From assembly GCA_031272505.1 (NCBI GenBank), contig JAISTQ010000005.1:31572-95571 (forward strand): a stretch of DNA of 64,000 nucleotides, read 5' to 3'. The notes beneath the pieces are model-generated. The model saw nothing but the letters and a program-made list of their open reading frames with translations, was not told the DNA's origin and ran no database searches. The position numbers and the translations under genes were made by a program. The DNA comes from Propionibacteriaceae bacterium. Lineage in GTDB: Bacteria > Actinomycetota > Actinomycetes > Propionibacteriales > Propionibacteriaceae. Position 1 is the stretch's first letter, and each line of letters begins with the position of its first letter. This document shows, piece by piece, positions 20,701-29,668 of the stretch.

Positions 20701-21909
20701 CAGGTTGTAACTCGACCATGGGGTGGACGCGTCAAACTCACCGAGCCGCATCCGGACGGTGAAGGCGCGGGTCAAGTTGATGTTGAGTTCGTTCTCGGTG
20801 ATCAGGCCCTGCTGGATGGCGGGGATGATATTTGGCGCGTACTGGGTGCCGTTGCAATCGACGTCAGTGCCCGCCTTCAGCGACCAGGCGGTGCCTTCGG
20901 CGCGGGTCAGCGCCCGGCCCACAATCGCGGGAGCCCAGGCGTGACCGTCATTGTTGCCCTCCACGTGCGCGTCGGTCACGTCGTCGATGGCGCCGCAGTC
21001 CGAGGTGATGAAACCGTCAAACCCGAAAGTCCGGCGGGCCAACGTTTCCACGGTGTAGGTGTTAGCTGATTGCGGGATGCCGTTGACGGCGTTGTACGAC
21101 GTCATGCCGGAGGCGGCGCCGTAATCCTTCCAAAGCGTCTCGAAGGCGGGGGTGTAGTACTCGCGCAACTCGGCTTCGGTGAGGTTTGACGAGCCGTCAT
21201 GCCGGTTGTTCTCGGAGTTGTTCGCCAAGTAGTGCTTCGGGGTGGCGACTGACTTCAGGTAGCCGCCGTTGGTCTCGGTGGCACCTTGCAGGCCGGCGGT
21301 GAACGCGCCGCCAATCTGGCCGGCCAGGTATGGGTCTTCGCCGTAGGTTTCCTCAGCGCGGCCCCAGCGGGGATCGCGGTGCATGTTGATGGTGGGGGAC
21401 CACCACGTCAAGCCCCAGCGCCGATCCGCGTTGGCTGGGTCTTCCCAGTAGGCGCGACCTTCGTCAGAGGTGACTTTGGTGGTTTGGGCGACCAAGGTTG
21501 GGTTCCACGAGGAAGCCAAACCGAGGCCGGTGGGGAACTCGGTGGCCTCGCCGGTGACACCGAGGCTGGAACCGGACAGGGTGCCCGACGCCGCTGCGCG
21601 GGCCACGCCATGCAAGGCTTCATTCCAGTAAGTGAAAGCCTTCACGCCGAGCCGCGGGATGGCCGGGGCGACGACGTGCGGTGGGTTGGTGGAGCGCAAC
21701 TGCTCCGCTTTCTCCGCGAGCGTCATCCGGGAGACGAGATCCGCCGCTCGGACTTCAAAGGGAAGGGAGGTGTCCTGGTAGGGCAAGAGCGGTGCCGCCG
21801 GAGCGTCAGTCACGCTCACCAGGGAGGTGATGACGAGGCCGACAGCGGCTAAGCCTGCCAGTAATCGTTTGGGTTGGGTAATGGGTTTAAATGGGGTAAG
21901 GGACTTCAT
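17728..21909 (-). CDS. Secreted glycoside hydrolase family 3 enzyme (beta-glucosidase/beta-xylosidase type) with Big_2/FN3-like and lysine-rich C-terminal domains
   Basis: GH3 N-domain motifs 'YWNEALHGV', 'GFDGFITSDCGAIDD' and 'KHYLANNSENNRHDG'. Signal peptide 'MKSLTPFKPITQPKRLLAGLAAVGLVITSLVSV'. ATG 21909 has an AGGAG RBS; the ORF runs upstream to 22125 but lacks an RBS there. The C-terminal 150 aa are Lys-rich and FN3-like. Confidence 0.85.
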   Translation of the reverse strand: MKSLTPFKPITQPKRLLAGLAAVGLVITSLVSVTDAPAAPLLPYQDTSLPFEVRAADLVSRMTLAEKAEQLRSTNPPHVVAPAIPRLGVKAFTYWNEALHGVARAAASGTLSGSSLGVTGEATEFPTGLGLASSWNPTLVAQTTKVTSDEGRAYWEDPANADRRWGLTWWSPTINMHRDPRWGRAEETYGEDPYLAGQIGGAFTAGLQGATETNGGYLKSVATPKHYLANNSENNRHDGSSNLTEAELREYYTPAFETLWKDYGAASGMTSYNAVNGIPQSANTYTVETLARRTFGFDGFITSDCGAIDDVTDAHVEGNNDGHAWAPAIVGRALTRAEGTAWSLKAGTDVDCNGTQYAPNIIPAIQQGLITENELNINLTRAFTVRMRLGEFDASTPWSSYNLSNQISTSEHRAVAKQASQEGVVLLKNDGILPLAASDTNVVLLGEFGDELVHGDYSPTTVPADLVNRTVKVALEDKLGAANVTYSPAMQEPGKPAIGGLQFFSADPDVPPTPTAIGAITAQQMQATGTAVLDGYEQGATIWGGGFRSFVGVGDAIEGYVEFTGTIPAGTQYIRLQQYGGPPTPGGYYDIQIGASTATLASVGTTPQSNVGETTSGYSVIPSTTAAINLGSPTAAAQTVRIRIQYRNATPVGSFLGANAQPALISAVSSADAVIAYVGTRTSTATKSSDSAEEQDRKTIALPRFQSDIAHEACALNPNTIVWIQAVGQVDTAPFQNCKAIIWTTYNGEYQADTVPEVLWGDVNPSGKLPFTYYEDPVRDLRETTDYTLTPTDGRLGRTYQYFTGPVTYPFGHGLSYSTFTYSNLVVSKTAVTPNDSITVSVNVTNNSSRAGKEVIQLYATSPKAGDPLRADKQLKGFQKVEFAANETKTITIPLDIADLWFWDSVAGKRTYDVGAWTLQVGTSSVVDPVTAHNGLTTTINLSGTLAPALDVVTVVPDGTTLNTAAPGNVIHANLSATRTDQSFYDLSAVTVTYTSSNPAVAQVDANGAVAPISAGVAQITAAVTADGSTKSDTFPVVVYDGAYVSDDATHTVIQAEQVRFPDQTVTLGDAKGGYQLLADLVPAAWGAEYTYSIAPMDTNTAGASVTSAGVLTAAKAGQVRVTVVSVRDGVYQSAAATITVTAGGASASDPATVRGALASLLVTPVASAGYTAPSYAAYEAALQAAKAVLANPNSTAEQLQAALTNLSVAIASLVPVAQASAPTQLSSVTVTAAAKAWTGKKISSGFTLTVAGKKLVVGTDYTITSTGANKAIGKGTVTITGKGAYAGTKTVTFKILPKKLAAPTLTVGKKQLKVAWKKASAAQAVTGYRITYRVKGTTAWKSKTVAKSKASLVIKKLTKGKTYQVRVQSYKTVSKVKYYSPVSAVKTSKKVK

Positions 21910-22134
21910 AAGGGCTCCTAGTAGACTGCGCGACTTCGCGCACGCTCGAATGGCCACACCGCCAGCGGCCGTGGCCTTAAGCGCTGTTCCCAACCTATTG
22001 AAATCCGGCCTTGCCAGCGCCGGATACTGCCGGATTGGAAAACGTTTCGCAGTTGGCGATGACGGGAATTCGGGCATGTGCGCTGTGAGCGAACGGGGTT
22101 GGTTGCACAGTTTTTTCACGTACACTCGAATCTT

Positions 22135-24609
22135 GTGTGGACTGTAGGTTGGAAGCGGCGCGCCGTCGTGGCGCTGGGTGTGTTGGGCTTAATTCTGGTC
22201 GGTTTGCCGGTGGCTACGCCGCCCGCAGATGCTGGCTCGGAGATCGGCAGCCACTACATTCCATTGATCGGCGAAGACCATGTGACTCGCCTGGCGGCTT
22301 TGAGCAGCGAGGATTCCACCGCGGCGCAAGGGCGGCTGCGGGCGCAGAGCTTGACGCTCCCGACGTCATACGATCTGCGTAGCGAACACCCGGAATACTT
22401 GACGCCAGTGCGCAACCAGGGCAACTACGGCACCTGTTGGGCCTTCGGGGCGACCACGGTGGGCACCGCCTCGTTGGTGATTAACAACGTCACCGAAGAG
22501 ACCGTCGCGCTGTCGCCGAAACACCTGGCCTACGCCGCCAACGGCGAACACAACTTGCACTCGCTGGTCAACAATCTGTACACCGACGCTGACGATTCCC
22601 CGATGATGCTGGGCGGCAGCTTCGAACTCACGCTGGGGGCGTGGTCGAACTGGATGGGGCCGCGCCTCGAATCCGCCTTCCCGTACCCGACCTCCGGGCC
22701 GCCGGATCCCACCCCGATCACCTCCGCTGCCGAGATCTACACCGCCGATTACCACCTGGATGCGATGTACTCGCTGCCGGGACTTTATGCCAACGCGAAC
22801 AAGACGATCTTCTCGACGGGGAACCTGACGGCGGTCAAAGAGCACCTTTATAACGTCGGCCCGCTCACCATGGATGTGAAATCGAAGGGCGGCACGGTCA
22901 GTTGGTACACCAACACCGTCTCCGACCCGGATCACCTGGTCACCGTGGTGGGCTGGGATGACGACTACTCGCGCACCAACTTCTCGTCGAACACCAAGCA
23001 GCAGCCCGCCGGTAACGGGGCTTGGATCATCGAGAACTCCTACGGCGCGAACTCGGGCGAGAACGGCTACATGTACGTGTCGTACTACGACAAGTCGGTG
23101 GGCCTGTTCGACTACTACTCGCTCACCAGCGCCGACAACTACGACCTGAACCAATCGTGGTCGTTCAACAGCTACATCACCTGGGACAACGAGGATGCCA
23201 ACGGGCAGCGGCGCACCGACATTTACGCCGCGAACGTCTACACCGCAGTCGAAAAGCAGGCCGTCAAGGCGGTGATGGTCTCGAACTCGACGATCGGGAA
23301 CGACTACACCGTGGACGTCTACCGCGCGGTGGTGGACGAGCCTGATTCCGGGGTGCGGATTCCCAGCGCGCAGACTACCGTGACGAACGCCAAGTACGGC
23401 ATCGACACCGTGGAGCTTGCCGAGCCGGTGGTGGTGGCCGCTGGCGAGAAGTACGCGGTGGTGGTGCACTACACCCACGCCGGGACGACGAATTTCGCCG
23501 GCCCGCTGCTGGAGGCCGAGGTGATCTACGAGACGTCCACCTCAAACACCAAGTGGATGGAAGTGCCCGAATCCGCGAAGGTGCAGCCCGGCCAAAGCTA
23601 TGTCGGCAATGACGGCGAGGCTTGGAAAGACCTGGTCGAAGATGGCCGCTACTCCTACTTCGAGGTGGGCAACGTGGTGCTCCCGGCGTTGAGCGACTAC
23701 ACTGACGCCGATCCGGATCCGTTGCCGACGCCCACCCCGAGTGAGTCGCCGAGTGACACTCCGACCGACATCGCCACTGAGTCCCCGAGTGAGACTCCCA
23801 GCGAGTCTCCCAGTGAGTCGCCGAGTGAATCGCCGACAGTGAGCGTCACTCCCGATCCCACCATTGACCCGACGGTGACGCCGACCGTCACCACCACGCC
23901 GACGGTTACCACCACGCCGACGGTGACCACCACGCCGAAGCCGACTGCCACCGTCACGCCGACTGTGTCCGTCACGCCAAAACCGACGGCGACGGCCACC
24001 CCGACCCCCAGCAACACCCCGGCGAGCACCCCCACGTCATCGCAACAAGCCCCCGACCAGGGCAGCCCGGCGGACGATTCCGCCACCGTGACGACCGACG
24101 ATCCGCCCGCCCCGAAGGTGGACGCGGTGCGCGGCCCGCAGGCCATCGTCTATCTGAAGCAGAAGACTTCCTACCAGCTTTACGCGGCCGCCTACCTGGG
24201 TGCGGTGAAGACCGCCGAGAAGGTGACGTGGACCAGCTCCAACACCAAGGTGGCCACCGTCTCTTCCACCGGCAAGGTGAAGACCAAGGCCGTCAAGAGC
24301 ACCAAGAAGGTGGTGATCAGCGCCACCTCCAACGGGGTCGTGAAGCGGATCACCGTCTATGTGGTGCCGAAGGCCAAGAAGCTGGGCACGGTGAAGCTCT
24401 CCTACGCCGCCAGCATCGCGAAGGGGTATTCCGCCTTCGTCACCGTGAACACCGGCAAGGCCACCAACCCGAAGCTCACCTTCAAGGCCTCCAACTCGCG
24501 GATCTCCGTGGACAAGTACGGCAAGCTGGTGGCCAAGGCGAAGGGCAAGGCCAAACTCTACGTGAAGGTGAACGGACACAAGTTCACCAAGGCCATCACC
24601 GTCCGCTAA
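22135..24609 (+). CDS. Secreted papain-like (C1 family) cysteine peptidase with Pro/Thr/Ser-rich linker and C-terminal Big_2 Ig-like domains
   Basis: Catalytic-Cys motif 'NQGNYGTCWAFG' and the downstream 'VGWDD...AWIIENSYG' His/Asn region. Signal peptide after the GTG 22135 start, assigned by alignment with the paralog. Linker with SESP and TPTVTT repeats. C-terminal 'VTWTSSNTKVATVSSTGKV...ITVYV' Big_2 domain. Confidence 0.8.
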   Translation: MWTVGWKRRAVVALGVLGLILVGLPVATPPADAGSEIGSHYIPLIGEDHVTRLAALSSEDSTAAQGRLRAQSLTLPTSYDLRSEHPEYLTPVRNQGNYGTCWAFGATTVGTASLVINNVTEETVALSPKHLAYAANGEHNLHSLVNNLYTDADDSPMMLGGSFELTLGAWSNWMGPRLESAFPYPTSGPPDPTPITSAAEIYTADYHLDAMYSLPGLYANANKTIFSTGNLTAVKEHLYNVGPLTMDVKSKGGTVSWYTNTVSDPDHLVTVVGWDDDYSRTNFSSNTKQQPAGNGAWIIENSYGANSGENGYMYVSYYDKSVGLFDYYSLTSADNYDLNQSWSFNSYITWDNEDANGQRRTDIYAANVYTAVEKQAVKAVMVSNSTIGNDYTVDVYRAVVDEPDSGVRIPSAQTTVTNAKYGIDTVELAEPVVVAAGEKYAVVVHYTHAGTTNFAGPLLEAEVIYETSTSNTKWMEVPESAKVQPGQSYVGNDGEAWKDLVEDGRYSYFEVGNVVLPALSDYTDADPDPLPTPTPSESPSDTPTDIATESPSETPSESPSESPSESPTVSVTPDPTIDPTVTPTVTTTPTVTTTPTVTTTPKPTATVTPTVSVTPKPTATATPTPSNTPASTPTSSQQAPDQGSPADDSATVTTDDPPAPKVDAVRGPQAIVYLKQKTSYQLYAAAYLGAVKTAEKVTWTSSNTKVATVSSTGKVKTKAVKSTKKVVISATSNGVVKRITVYVVPKAKKLGTVKLSYAASIAKGYSAFVTVNTGKATNPKLTFKASNSRISVDKYGKLVAKAKGKAKLYVKVNGHKFTKAITVR
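23881..23934 (+). repeat. 3 x 18-nt in-frame repeat encoding (P-T-V-T-T-T) in the peptidase linker; SESP-type repeats at about 23760-23835
   Basis: ccgaccgtcaccaccacg / ccgacggttaccaccacg / ccgacggtgaccaccacg. Confidence 0.8.
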
Positions 24610-24658
24610 TCCGCCCCCTCCGGTTGGCCTCATAGGAACGGCCGGTAGACTAGGGGCG

Positions 24659-26848
24659 ATGTTGAGCCAGGGTTGGAAACAGCGTTTCGGCGTCGCGGGG
24701 GCTGCGCTGGCGTTGCTCCTTGTCTCGTTGCCCGCAGTATCCGCACCCGCTGATGAGGCCAATGAAATCAACGGCAGCTTCATCGCGCTGGTCTCCCCGG
24801 ATCGGAAGACGCGCCTGGCCGTCCTGGAAGCCGCAGAAGGCGAAGCCGGGGGGTTGCGCGGGCCAGCGGCGGCCACTTTGCCCGCCCAATATGATCTGCG
24901 CACGGCCAAGCCGCAGTTGGTGGACGCGGTGCGCGACCAGGGGAATTACGGCACCTGTTGGGGTTTCGGGGCCACCGCCGTCGCGTCGGCCTCGCTGGTG
25001 CACAACTCGCTGGCCAGCTCCGTCGTCCCGCTTTCGCCGAAGCATCTGGCCTACGCGGTGAGCGGCGCCTTCGGGCTGCATTCCACGGTGTCTGACCTGT
25101 ACACCAATTCCAGCGAGGCCCCGATGATGCTGGGCGGCTATTTCGAGTTGACGATGAGCGCCTGGTCGAACTGGATGGGCCCGCGCACCGAAGCCAGCTT
25201 CCCCTACCCCACGTCCGGGCCGCCCGATCCGTCACCGATCACCACCAAGGCGCAGATCTACTCCGCCGACTACCACTTGGACGAGGCATACACCCTGCCG
25301 GGGCCGTACGCGGCGGGCTCGAACAAGTTGAACTCGGACTTCGTGGAAGCGAACGTGACGGCCGTCAAAGAGCACATCTACAACGTGGGCCCGCTGGCGA
25401 TGGACATCAAGTCCAAGGGCACGGTGGTGAACTGGTACACCGGGTCGAAAACCGACGCCGATCACATGGTCACCGTGGTGGGTTGGGACGACACCTTCTC
25501 GCAGGACAACTTCTCGACCAAACCCGCCGGGAATGGCGCTTGGATCGCGCAGAACTCCTACGGCGCGACGTCCGGCAGTGGCGGCTACATCTACGTCTCC
25601 TATTACGACAAGTCCGTCAACTTCTTTGATTACTATTCGCTGACGAGCGCCGCTGACTACGGCGTGAACCAGTCCTGGGCGCTGAACAGCGACATCACCT
25701 GGGACAACGAGGACACCAACAACCAGCGTCGCCGCGACATTTACGCGGCCAACGTCTATACCGCGAGCGCCAACCAGTCGGTGAAGGCGGTGCTGGTCTC
25801 GAACACCACGATCGGGAACAGCTACACCGTCGACATCTACCGCAACGTCTCCACCACGCCCAGCACCGGGGTACGGATCCCGGAGGCCCAAGCCACCCGC
25901 AGCAACGCCAAGTACGGCGTGGAGACGGTGGAGTTGGCCACGCCGGTGGTGGTCGCGGCGGGGGAGAAGTACGCGGTCGTCGTCCACTACACCAACACCA
26001 AGAGCGAGTTCTCCGGGCCGATGCTGGAAGCCGAGGTCGTCTACGCGTCGTCCACCTCTAACGTGAAGACGATGGAGGTGCCCGCGGACGCCAAGATCGT
26101 CGCCGGGCAGAGCTACATCGGCTATGACGGCAGCACCTGGAAGGATCTCGCCACCGAGGGCCGCTTCAACGAAAGCCAAATCGGGAACCTGATGCTGCCC
26201 GCACTCGGCGACTACACCTCCGCGCCGCCGCAGCCGCTGCCCACCCCGACCGAGACGGCGACGGCCAGCCCGTCCCCGACGCCGTCCATCTCCACCACCG
26301 TCCCGAGCAGCACCGAAACTGTGGGCGCTCCGGCACCCACCCAGACGACGGCCAAGGTGGACGCGATCCGCGGCCCGCAGTCGAAGGTGTACCTGAAGCA
26401 GAAAACCACCTACCAGCTCTATGCGGCCGCCTACCTGGGCGCGACGAAGACCAGCCAGAAGGTGACGTGGAAGAGTTCGAACACCAAGATCGCCACCGTC
26501 TCGTCCACCGGCAAGGTGAAGACCAAGGCGGTCAAATCCACCAAGAAGGTGGTGATCAGCGCCAGCTCGAACGGCATCACCAAGAAGATCACCGTCTACG
26601 TGGTCCCGAAGGCCAAGAAACTCGGCACCGTGGTGCTCTCCTACGCCGCCAAACTCTCCGTCGGCTACTCCAGCTTCGTCACCGTGAACGCCGGCAAGGC
26701 CACCAACCCCAAGCTCACCTTCAAAACCTCCAACTCCCACCTGGTCGTCAACAAATACGGCCAAACCACCGCCAAATCCAAAGGCTCCGCCAAACTCTAC
26801 GTCTACGTCGGCTCCCACCGCATCACCAAAACCATCACCATCCGCTGA
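24659..26848 (+). CDS. Secreted papain-like (C1 family) cysteine peptidase, tandem paralog of 22135-24609
   Basis: 'DQGNYGTCWGFG', same domain order, signal peptide 'MLSQGWKQRFGVAGAALALLLVSLPAVSAPA'. The C-terminal Big_2 region is about 80% identical in DNA to the upstream copy. Confidence 0.85.
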   Translation: MLSQGWKQRFGVAGAALALLLVSLPAVSAPADEANEINGSFIALVSPDRKTRLAVLEAAEGEAGGLRGPAAATLPAQYDLRTAKPQLVDAVRDQGNYGTCWGFGATAVASASLVHNSLASSVVPLSPKHLAYAVSGAFGLHSTVSDLYTNSSEAPMMLGGYFELTMSAWSNWMGPRTEASFPYPTSGPPDPSPITTKAQIYSADYHLDEAYTLPGPYAAGSNKLNSDFVEANVTAVKEHIYNVGPLAMDIKSKGTVVNWYTGSKTDADHMVTVVGWDDTFSQDNFSTKPAGNGAWIAQNSYGATSGSGGYIYVSYYDKSVNFFDYYSLTSAADYGVNQSWALNSDITWDNEDTNNQRRRDIYAANVYTASANQSVKAVLVSNTTIGNSYTVDIYRNVSTTPSTGVRIPEAQATRSNAKYGVETVELATPVVVAAGEKYAVVVHYTNTKSEFSGPMLEAEVVYASSTSNVKTMEVPADAKIVAGQSYIGYDGSTWKDLATEGRFNESQIGNLMLPALGDYTSAPPQPLPTPTETATASPSPTPSISTTVPSSTETVGAPAPTQTTAKVDAIRGPQSKVYLKQKTTYQLYAAAYLGATKTSQKVTWKSSNTKIATVSSTGKVKTKAVKSTKKVVISASSNGITKKITVYVVPKAKKLGTVVLSYAAKLSVGYSSFVTVNAGKATNPKLTFKTSNSHLVVNKYGQTTAKSKGSAKLYVYVGSHRITKTITIR

Positions 26849-27293
26849 CGCCCCCGCAGGCGAATCCTCCTGCCACCTCAGCCCGTTCAGATTTGAGTTC
26901 TTGCACTTTTCGGCGGCGGATCACGACAACAACTCATCACGGTAGAACGGGGACGGAACCACGGGCACAGAGTGCTGTGGGAGGTGGGACGAAAGGCGGG
27001 CGGGCGGTGGCTGCCCGCGAAGGCGAGAGGCAAGGCAACCACGGGTGAACGCCCGCGGACTCTTCGTTCAACGCGGGCCGTTGGGTGTGCATGACGAGAC
27101 ACTTGGCCCGCAAGGTGGGGATGGGGGGAGGAGGGAAACTACTCAATCGTTTTCCAAGAAAGGCCGATTCTGCAATCTATTGAGTAGTTTTGGGTTCCCA
27201 CAGGGGGTGCGGGAGGTATGGGTGTGTCGGCGCGGATCGGGCGGCTATGGCGGGTGGAATGGCAATGGTGAGGGGGGTAGGTGGGGCTAAGCT

Positions 27294-28193
27294 GTGCGGG
27301 TGAACTCGGAGCGGCAGGGGTTGGTGTATGGGGTGGTCGCGTACACGTTCTGGGCGGTTTTTCCGCTGTATTTCTTGTTGGTGGCGGCGGCGAGTTCGAT
27401 TGAGATCATCTGGCATCGGATCGCGTGGTCGTTGGTGTTCTCGTTGGTTGGGGTGCTGCTGGTGCGGCAGTGGCGGCAGTTGCTCGCCACCGCGAAGAAC
27501 TGGCGGTACTCGGGGCGGTTGGCCATCGCCGGGGTGTTGGTGGCGACGAACTGGTTCCTGTACGTCTACTCGGTGCAGAACGGGATGCTGGTCGACGCCT
27601 CGATGGGCTACTTCGTCAATCCGCTGGTGACGGCGCTGCTCGCCATCATCTTTCTTGGGGAGCGGCCGCGCGCGTTGCAGTTGACGGCCTTGGCGTTCGG
27701 CTCGTCGGCGGTGGTGGTGATCTCCATCTGGTACGGGCAGATCCCGTGGATGTCGCTCTCCTTGGCGTTCTCATTCGGTTTCTATGGGCTGATCAAAAAG
27801 CAGGTCTCGCAAGAGGTGCCGCCGCTGATCGGGCTCACCCTGGAGACGGCCCCGATCACGCCGATTGCGGTGGGGTTCATCATCTTCCTGCAGGTGACGG
27901 GCACCGGCACGCTCACCAGCGTCAGCCCGCTGCACACGGTGGCGCTCTGCTGCGCCGGCATCGTGACCGCCGGCCCGCTGCTGCTCTATGCGGCCTCCGC
28001 GAAACGCATCCCGCTCACCACGCTGGGGTTGCTGCAATACATCTGCCCAATCGGGCAGTTCCTGCTCGCCATCACCGTCTTCGGCGAAGCGATGCCGCCG
28101 GCCCGCTGGATCGGCTTCGTGTTGGTGTGGATCGCGTTGATAATCCTGACGGCCGACCTACTCGTGCATCACAGCGAATCGCCGAAATCCTGA
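27294..28193 (+). CDS. rarD: RarD (EamA/DMT superfamily) membrane protein
   Basis: 10-TM protein; the 'VYSVQNGMLVDASMGYFVNPLV' and 'LLQYICPIGQFLLAI' blocks match RarD. Start codon uncertain (GTG 27294, 27300 or 27324). Confidence 0.8.
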   Translation: MRVNSERQGLVYGVVAYTFWAVFPLYFLLVAAASSIEIIWHRIAWSLVFSLVGVLLVRQWRQLLATAKNWRYSGRLAIAGVLVATNWFLYVYSVQNGMLVDASMGYFVNPLVTALLAIIFLGERPRALQLTALAFGSSAVVVISIWYGQIPWMSLSLAFSFGFYGLIKKQVSQEVPPLIGLTLETAPITPIAVGFIIFLQVTGTGTLTSVSPLHTVALCCAGIVTAGPLLLYAASAKRIPLTTLGLLQYICPIGQFLLAITVFGEAMPPARWIGFVLVWIALIILTADLLVHHSESPKS

Positions 28194-29617
28194 CGGAACT
28201 TGGCCACCAGCTCGGCCGGCCAATCGCCAATCGGACGCAGCCGCCCATAGAAGAAGCGCAGGATCTCCGGCTCCTCGTCCCACTCCAGGCCGCCGACGAT
28301 CCGACGGTTGGCATAGAGCCAGCGGATGCGGTCAATCGCGTAGTTGACCTGGGAGAGGGTGAAGACGCGCCGCGGCATCGCGAGGCGCAGCAACTCCATG
28401 TCGGCCAGCGGCTCGGTGCCGTCCGGCTCCCGCTGCTCGCTCATGGTGCCACGCTCCATGCCGCGCACACCCGAGGCGATGTACACCGCCGCCGTCAACG
28501 AGGCTGACGGATACTGCCGCTGATCCACGTGGTCGAGGAAACGCATCGCGTCCAGGTGCGCGCCCAGGCCACCGGGCGGCGTGACCACCGGAATGTTGTA
28601 CTTCTGCAACTCGGTGACCATGTGGGCGATGAAGTTCGGCCCCTGGTTGATCATGTCTTCGTCGAGCGTCTCGTCCAGGCCGATCACGATGGCCTCCATC
28701 TCGCGCACGCTCATGCCGCCGTACGTCAAGAAGCCCTCGTACATCGGCACGAAGCCGCGCATCCGCTTGTACAGTTCCTCATTCGAGGTGCAGATGCCGC
28801 CGCCGCGGCCGAAGCCGAGCTTGCGGAACGAGGAGTAGACGATGTCGCTCAGCGAGGCCATCTCCAGCACGATCTCGTGGATCGACATGTCCTTGCAGGC
28901 GGCTTCGCGGGTCTTGATGAAGTGCAGGTTGTCGGCCAGCAGCGAGGCGTCCAGCACCAGCAGGATGCCGTGCTTGTGGCAAGTCTCGGAAACCTCGCGC
29001 AGGTTCGCCAGCGAGAACGGCTGGCCACCGATGAGGTTCGTGCCCGCCTCCATCCGCACGAACGGAATCCGATCCGCGCCGATCTCCTCCACCAGCGCCT
29101 CCAGCCGCGCGCAATCGAACTCGCCCTTGAAGGGATCGTCGTTGGAGACGTCCAGCCCCTCCTTCTTGATGAACTCGACGACGCGGGCGCCATCGCGCAC
29201 CAGGTGGGCTTTGGTGGTGGTGAAGTGGTAGTTCATCGGGACGACGTCACCGGGCTTGATGAACGTCACCGAGAGGATGTTCTCGGCGGCGCGGCCCTGG
29301 TGGGTGGGCAGGAAGTACTTCAGCCCGAAAAACTCCTGCAGCTTGGCGTGCAGCCTGAAGAAGGTGGCTGAGCCCGCGTAGGCGTCGTCAGCGAGCAGCA
29401 TCGCCGCCTGCTGCCGGTCGCTCATCGCGTTCACGCCCGAATCGGTGAGCATGTCCAGGAAGACGTCTTTGTTCTCCAGCAGGAACGAGTTGTAGCCGGC
29501 GGCGGCCATCGCCTGGGCGCGCTGCTCGATGGGCAGCAGGGTGAGCTTTTGGATAATGCGGACTTTGTGCATCTCCAGCGGAAAGGTCTCGCCGGAGAAA
29601 TAGCTGACATTGGACAT
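28169..29617 (-). CDS. tnaA: Tryptophanase / tyrosine phenol-lyase family beta-eliminating lyase (PLP-dependent)
   Basis: 'NSFLLENKDVFLDMLTDSGVNAMS', 'FTTTKAHL' and 'SFRKLGFGRGGGICTSN' blocks including the PLP-Lys region. AAGGAG RBS 5 nt before ATG 29617. 25-nt convergent overlap with rarD. Confidence 0.85.
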   Translation of the reverse strand: MSNVSYFSGETFPLEMHKVRIIQKLTLLPIEQRAQAMAAAGYNSFLLENKDVFLDMLTDSGVNAMSDRQQAAMLLADDAYAGSATFFRLHAKLQEFFGLKYFLPTHQGRAAENILSVTFIKPGDVVPMNYHFTTTKAHLVRDGARVVEFIKKEGLDVSNDDPFKGEFDCARLEALVEEIGADRIPFVRMEAGTNLIGGQPFSLANLREVSETCHKHGILLVLDASLLADNLHFIKTREAACKDMSIHEIVLEMASLSDIVYSSFRKLGFGRGGGICTSNEELYKRMRGFVPMYEGFLTYGGMSVREMEAIVIGLDETLDEDMINQGPNFIAHMVTELQKYNIPVVTPPGGLGAHLDAMRFLDHVDQRQYPSASLTAAVYIASGVRGMERGTMSEQREPDGTEPLADMELLRLAMPRRVFTLSQVNYAIDRIRWLYANRRIVGGLEWDEEPEILRFFYGRLRPIGDWPAELVAKFRQDFGDSL

Positions 29618-29668
29618 GTCACTCCTTCGTGGGTTACTGACAACGTGCAATGATACCGCGCGAAACGG

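Noticed and set aside
21910-22125. 72-aa N-terminal extension of the GH3 ORF (MYVKKLCNQPRS...)
   Set aside because: The signal peptide begins at Met73, which has an AGGAG RBS. The extension has no secretion logic and is likely non-coding promoter region.
22366-23478. 370-aa minus-strand ORF and 25232-26818 528-aa minus-strand ORF
   Set aside because: Antisense to the C1 peptidase paralogs; Val/Gly/Arg/Asp-rich artefacts.
23697-24146. Repetitive DNA in the peptidase linker considered as a CRISPR or VNTR locus
   Set aside because: Repeats are in-frame coding repeats (SESP / TPTVTT) of unequal units, with no spacer architecture and no cas genes.
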